DNA of 64,000 nucleotides from Escherichia coli (GTDB lineage Bacteria; Pseudomonadota; Gammaproteobacteria; Enterobacterales; Enterobacteriaceae): NCBI RefSeq assembly GCF_011045215.1, contig NZ_CP049201.1; one strand, 5' to 3'. Shown piece by piece: positions 58,585 to 64,000 of this stretch (position 1 is its first letter; each line of letters starts with the position of its first letter). The notes under the pieces were generated by a model. It saw only the letters and a program-made list of their open reading frames with translations, ran no database searches and was not told where the DNA came from. The position numbers and the translations under genes were made by a program.

Positions 58585-58672
58585 AAATGTTTCCTTACTG
58601 GTTTTTTTCTAAGTGTAGATGACAGCAAGGAAAAGCGGAGAAAAGGTCCGAAAATTCGGACCCGATGAAATT

Positions 58673-60228
<1,556 letters not shown>

Positions 60229-60238
60229 CTCAGGCTCC

Positions 60239-61371
<1,133 letters not shown>

Positions 61372-61379
<8 letters not shown>

Positions 61380-63180
61380 TCGCCTTCTCCTTCTTATTGG
61401 CTGCTTCCGCCTTATCGGCTGCATCCGCTTCGCCACCGTAAACGCGTTTAGCTGGCGGTAGCGTAGTAATCTTCACGTCGCTGTACTCCAGGCGAGTCGT
61501 GCCATCAGCATCGCGGAAGGCGAGGGTGTGTTTGAGGAAGTTGACGTCGTCACGCTCGGTGCAACCTTCGTCCAGACGCTGGTGTGCGCCGCGGGACTCT
61601 TTACGTGCCATTGCGGAGTGCGCCATACATTCAGCAACGTTCAGACCGTGGCCCAGTTCAATGGTGTAGAGCAGGTCGGTGTTGAACACGCTGGAGGTGT
61701 CGGTGATGCGCACGCGCTTGAAGCGTTCCTGCAGCTCTGCCAGCTTGTCGATGGTTTTCTGCATCAGTTCCGGCGTACGGTAGATACCGCAGCCTTCTTC
61801 CATAGCCAGGCCCATTTCGTCGCGGATCTTCGCCCAGTTTTCGCCGCCATCCTGGTTAACCAGATCTTTCAGACGTTGTTCAACGCCAGCTGCCTGCGCT
61901 TCAATTGCCGCTTCGTTGCCATTACCGGCAGTTGCTGCACGCTCTGTCGCTTGTTCACCGGCCAGACGGCCGAAGACCACCAGTTCCGCCAGGGAGTTAG
62001 AACCCAGACGGTTTGCACCGTGCAGACCAACAGAGGAACATTCACCCACGGCGAACAGACCTTTAATGCGGGTTTCACAGTTCTGATCGGTTTCGATACC
62101 GCCCATGGTGTAGTGTGCGGTCGGACGTACCGGAATCGGTTCTTTAACCGGATCGACGCCAACGTACGCTTTCGCCAGTTCGCAGATGAACGGCAGACGT
62201 TCATGCAGTTTTTTCTCGCCGAGGTGACGCAGGTCGAGATAAACCACATCGCCACGCGGCGTGGAGATGGTGTTGCCTTTACGCCATTCGTGCCAGAAGG
62301 CCTGAGAGACTTTGTCGCGTGGACCCAGTTCCATATATTTGTTTTTCGGCTCGCCCAGCGGAGTTTCCGGGCCCATGCCGTAATCTTGCAGATAACGGTA
62401 GCCATTTTTGTTGACCAGAATACCGCCTTCGCCACGGCAACCTTCGGTCATCAGGATACCGGAACCTGGCAGACCGGTTGGGTGATACTGAACGAATTCC
62501 ATGTCACGCAGCGGAACGCCGTGGCTTAGCGCCATACCCATACCGTCACCGGTAACGATGCCGCCGTTGGTGTTGTAACGATAAACGCGACCCGCACCGC
62601 CAGTAGCCATAACGACCGCGTTAGCACGGATCTGCACCAGCGTGCCTTCCATCATGTTCATTGCTACCAGGCCGCGAACATGACCATCATCAACCAGAAT
62701 ATCCAGCACGAAATGTTCGTCAAAACGCTGGATCTGCGGGAATTGCAGAGAGGTCTGGAACAGCGTGTGCAGCATATGGAAGCCGGTCTTATCGGCGGCG
62801 AACCAGGTACGCTCGATTTTCATGCCGCCGAAGCGACGTACGTTGACGCTACCATCCGGGCGACGGCTCCATGGGCACCCCCACAGTTCCAGTTGGGTCA
62901 TTTCGGTTGGGCAGTGGTGGACGAAATAATCCACGACATCCTGCTCACACAACCAGTCGCCACCCGCTACTGTATCGTGAAAGTGATATTCGAAGCTGTC
63001 ATGATCCTGCGCGACAGCGGCGGAGCCCCCTTCTGCAGCAACGGTATGGCTACGCATCGGGTATACTTTTGAGATTAGTGCGATTTTTGCATTTGGATTT
63101 GCCTGCGCGGCAGCAATTGCAGCACGTAATCCCGCGCCACCGGCGCCTACAATGGCAAGATCGGCTTGAAAGGTTTGCAC
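61372..63180 (-). CDS. frdA: Fumarate reductase flavoprotein subunit
   Basis: 602-aa [25 protein letters not shown] (FAD-binding GxGxxG). Confidence 0.95.
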
Positions 63181-63504
63181 GACATTCCTCCAGATTGTTT
63201 TTATCCCACAGCCCCGTACTTCAGGGTAAGTGCCTGAAAGTTACGGTCTGCGAACGCTATTCCACTGCTCCTTTATAGGTACAACAGTATAGTCTGATGG
63301 ATAAGTCTGAAATTTGACGAGATCGATTTTTTTAGTGCGCAAGAGGGCTAAATTATCACTGAAGATGATTAATTTAATTACTAAACCATCAGATCGTGCT
63401 TTTTTTAGTCACTGCCCACCGTTGTTTGATTCCTGCGTAAAATTTGTCTCGCCGTCGCGTTGCGAGTAGACTTCGTGCCCTTGTCAAAAACTGGAGATTT
63501 AACT

Positions 63505-64000
63505 ATGAGCGAAACGGCATCCTGGCAGCCGAGCGCATCCATTCCTAACTTATTAAAACGCGCGGCGATTATGGCGGAGATCCGTCGTTTCTTTGCCGAT
63601 CGTGGAGTGCTGGAGGTGGAGACGCCTTGTATGAGCCAGGCGACGGTAACCGATATTCATTTGGTCCCGTTTGAGACACGTTTCGTTGGCCCCGGGCATT
63701 CGCAGGGGATGAATCTCTGGTTAATGACCAGCCCGGAATACCATATGAAACGCCTGCTGGTTGCCGGTTGCGGGCCGGTATTCCAGCTGTGCCGCAGTTT
63801 CCGTAATGAAGAGATGGGGCGTTATCACAACCCTGAGTTCACTATGCTTGAGTGGTATCGACCGCACTATGATATGTACCGGTTGATGAACGAGGTGGAC
63901 GATCTCTTACAACAGGTGCTGGACTGCCCGGCAGCAGAAAGCCTTTCTTATCAACAAGCTTTCTTGCGTTATCTGGAAATTGACCCGCTCTCTGCCGACA
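63505..64000 (+). CDS. epmA: EF-P lysine-lysyltransferase EpmA (PoxA/YjeA), 5' portion; continues beyond window
   Basis: [41 protein letters not shown], a class II aaRS-like N-terminus; truncated by the window edge. Confidence 0.85.

Overview
The window spans the junction between a large horizontally acquired island (1..43422, left end outside the window) and conserved Escherichia coli-type chromosome to its right. The island ends at a tRNA-Phe gene (43423..43498, minus strand), next to a tyrosine integrase. From 43.6 kb onward the chromosome reads yjdC, dsbD, cutA, dcuA, aspA, fxsA, yjeH, groES/groEL, yjeI, yjeJ, epmB, efp, ecnA/ecnB, gdx(sugE), blc, ampC, frdDCBA and the start of epmA. The island looks like a partial integrative conjugative element (ICE): a GC-rich block of co-oriented type IV secretion genes (about 0.2-18.8 kb: TraD-like coupling protein, pilin-like and membrane components, VirB4/TraC-like ATPase, TraU-like, TraG-N-like), then mosaic cargo, then a UvrD-like helicase, a relaxase-like protein and the integrase. 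The cargo holds the most unusual content: (i) two diverged ~185-bp direct repeats, predicted to fold into UUCG-capped hairpins, bracketing a small tyrosine-recombinase module with a 22-bp perfect palindrome; (ii) seven co-oriented genes of unknown function ending in a truncated HsdM-like methyltransferase fragment; (iii) a 741-aa protein whose C-terminal lambda-lysozyme-like domain begins at an abrupt GC drop and is followed by a signal-peptide ORF, resembling an effector/immunity pair; (iv) a ColE1/p15A-like origin remnant; (v) an AppY-like regulator, a YdiV-like degenerate EAL protein, an autotransporter and a RamA/MarA-like activator. All family assignments come from reading the translated ORFs and recalling motifs; no database search was run. 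Start codons were adjusted from the ORF track using RBS spacing and recalled K-12 protein N-termini.
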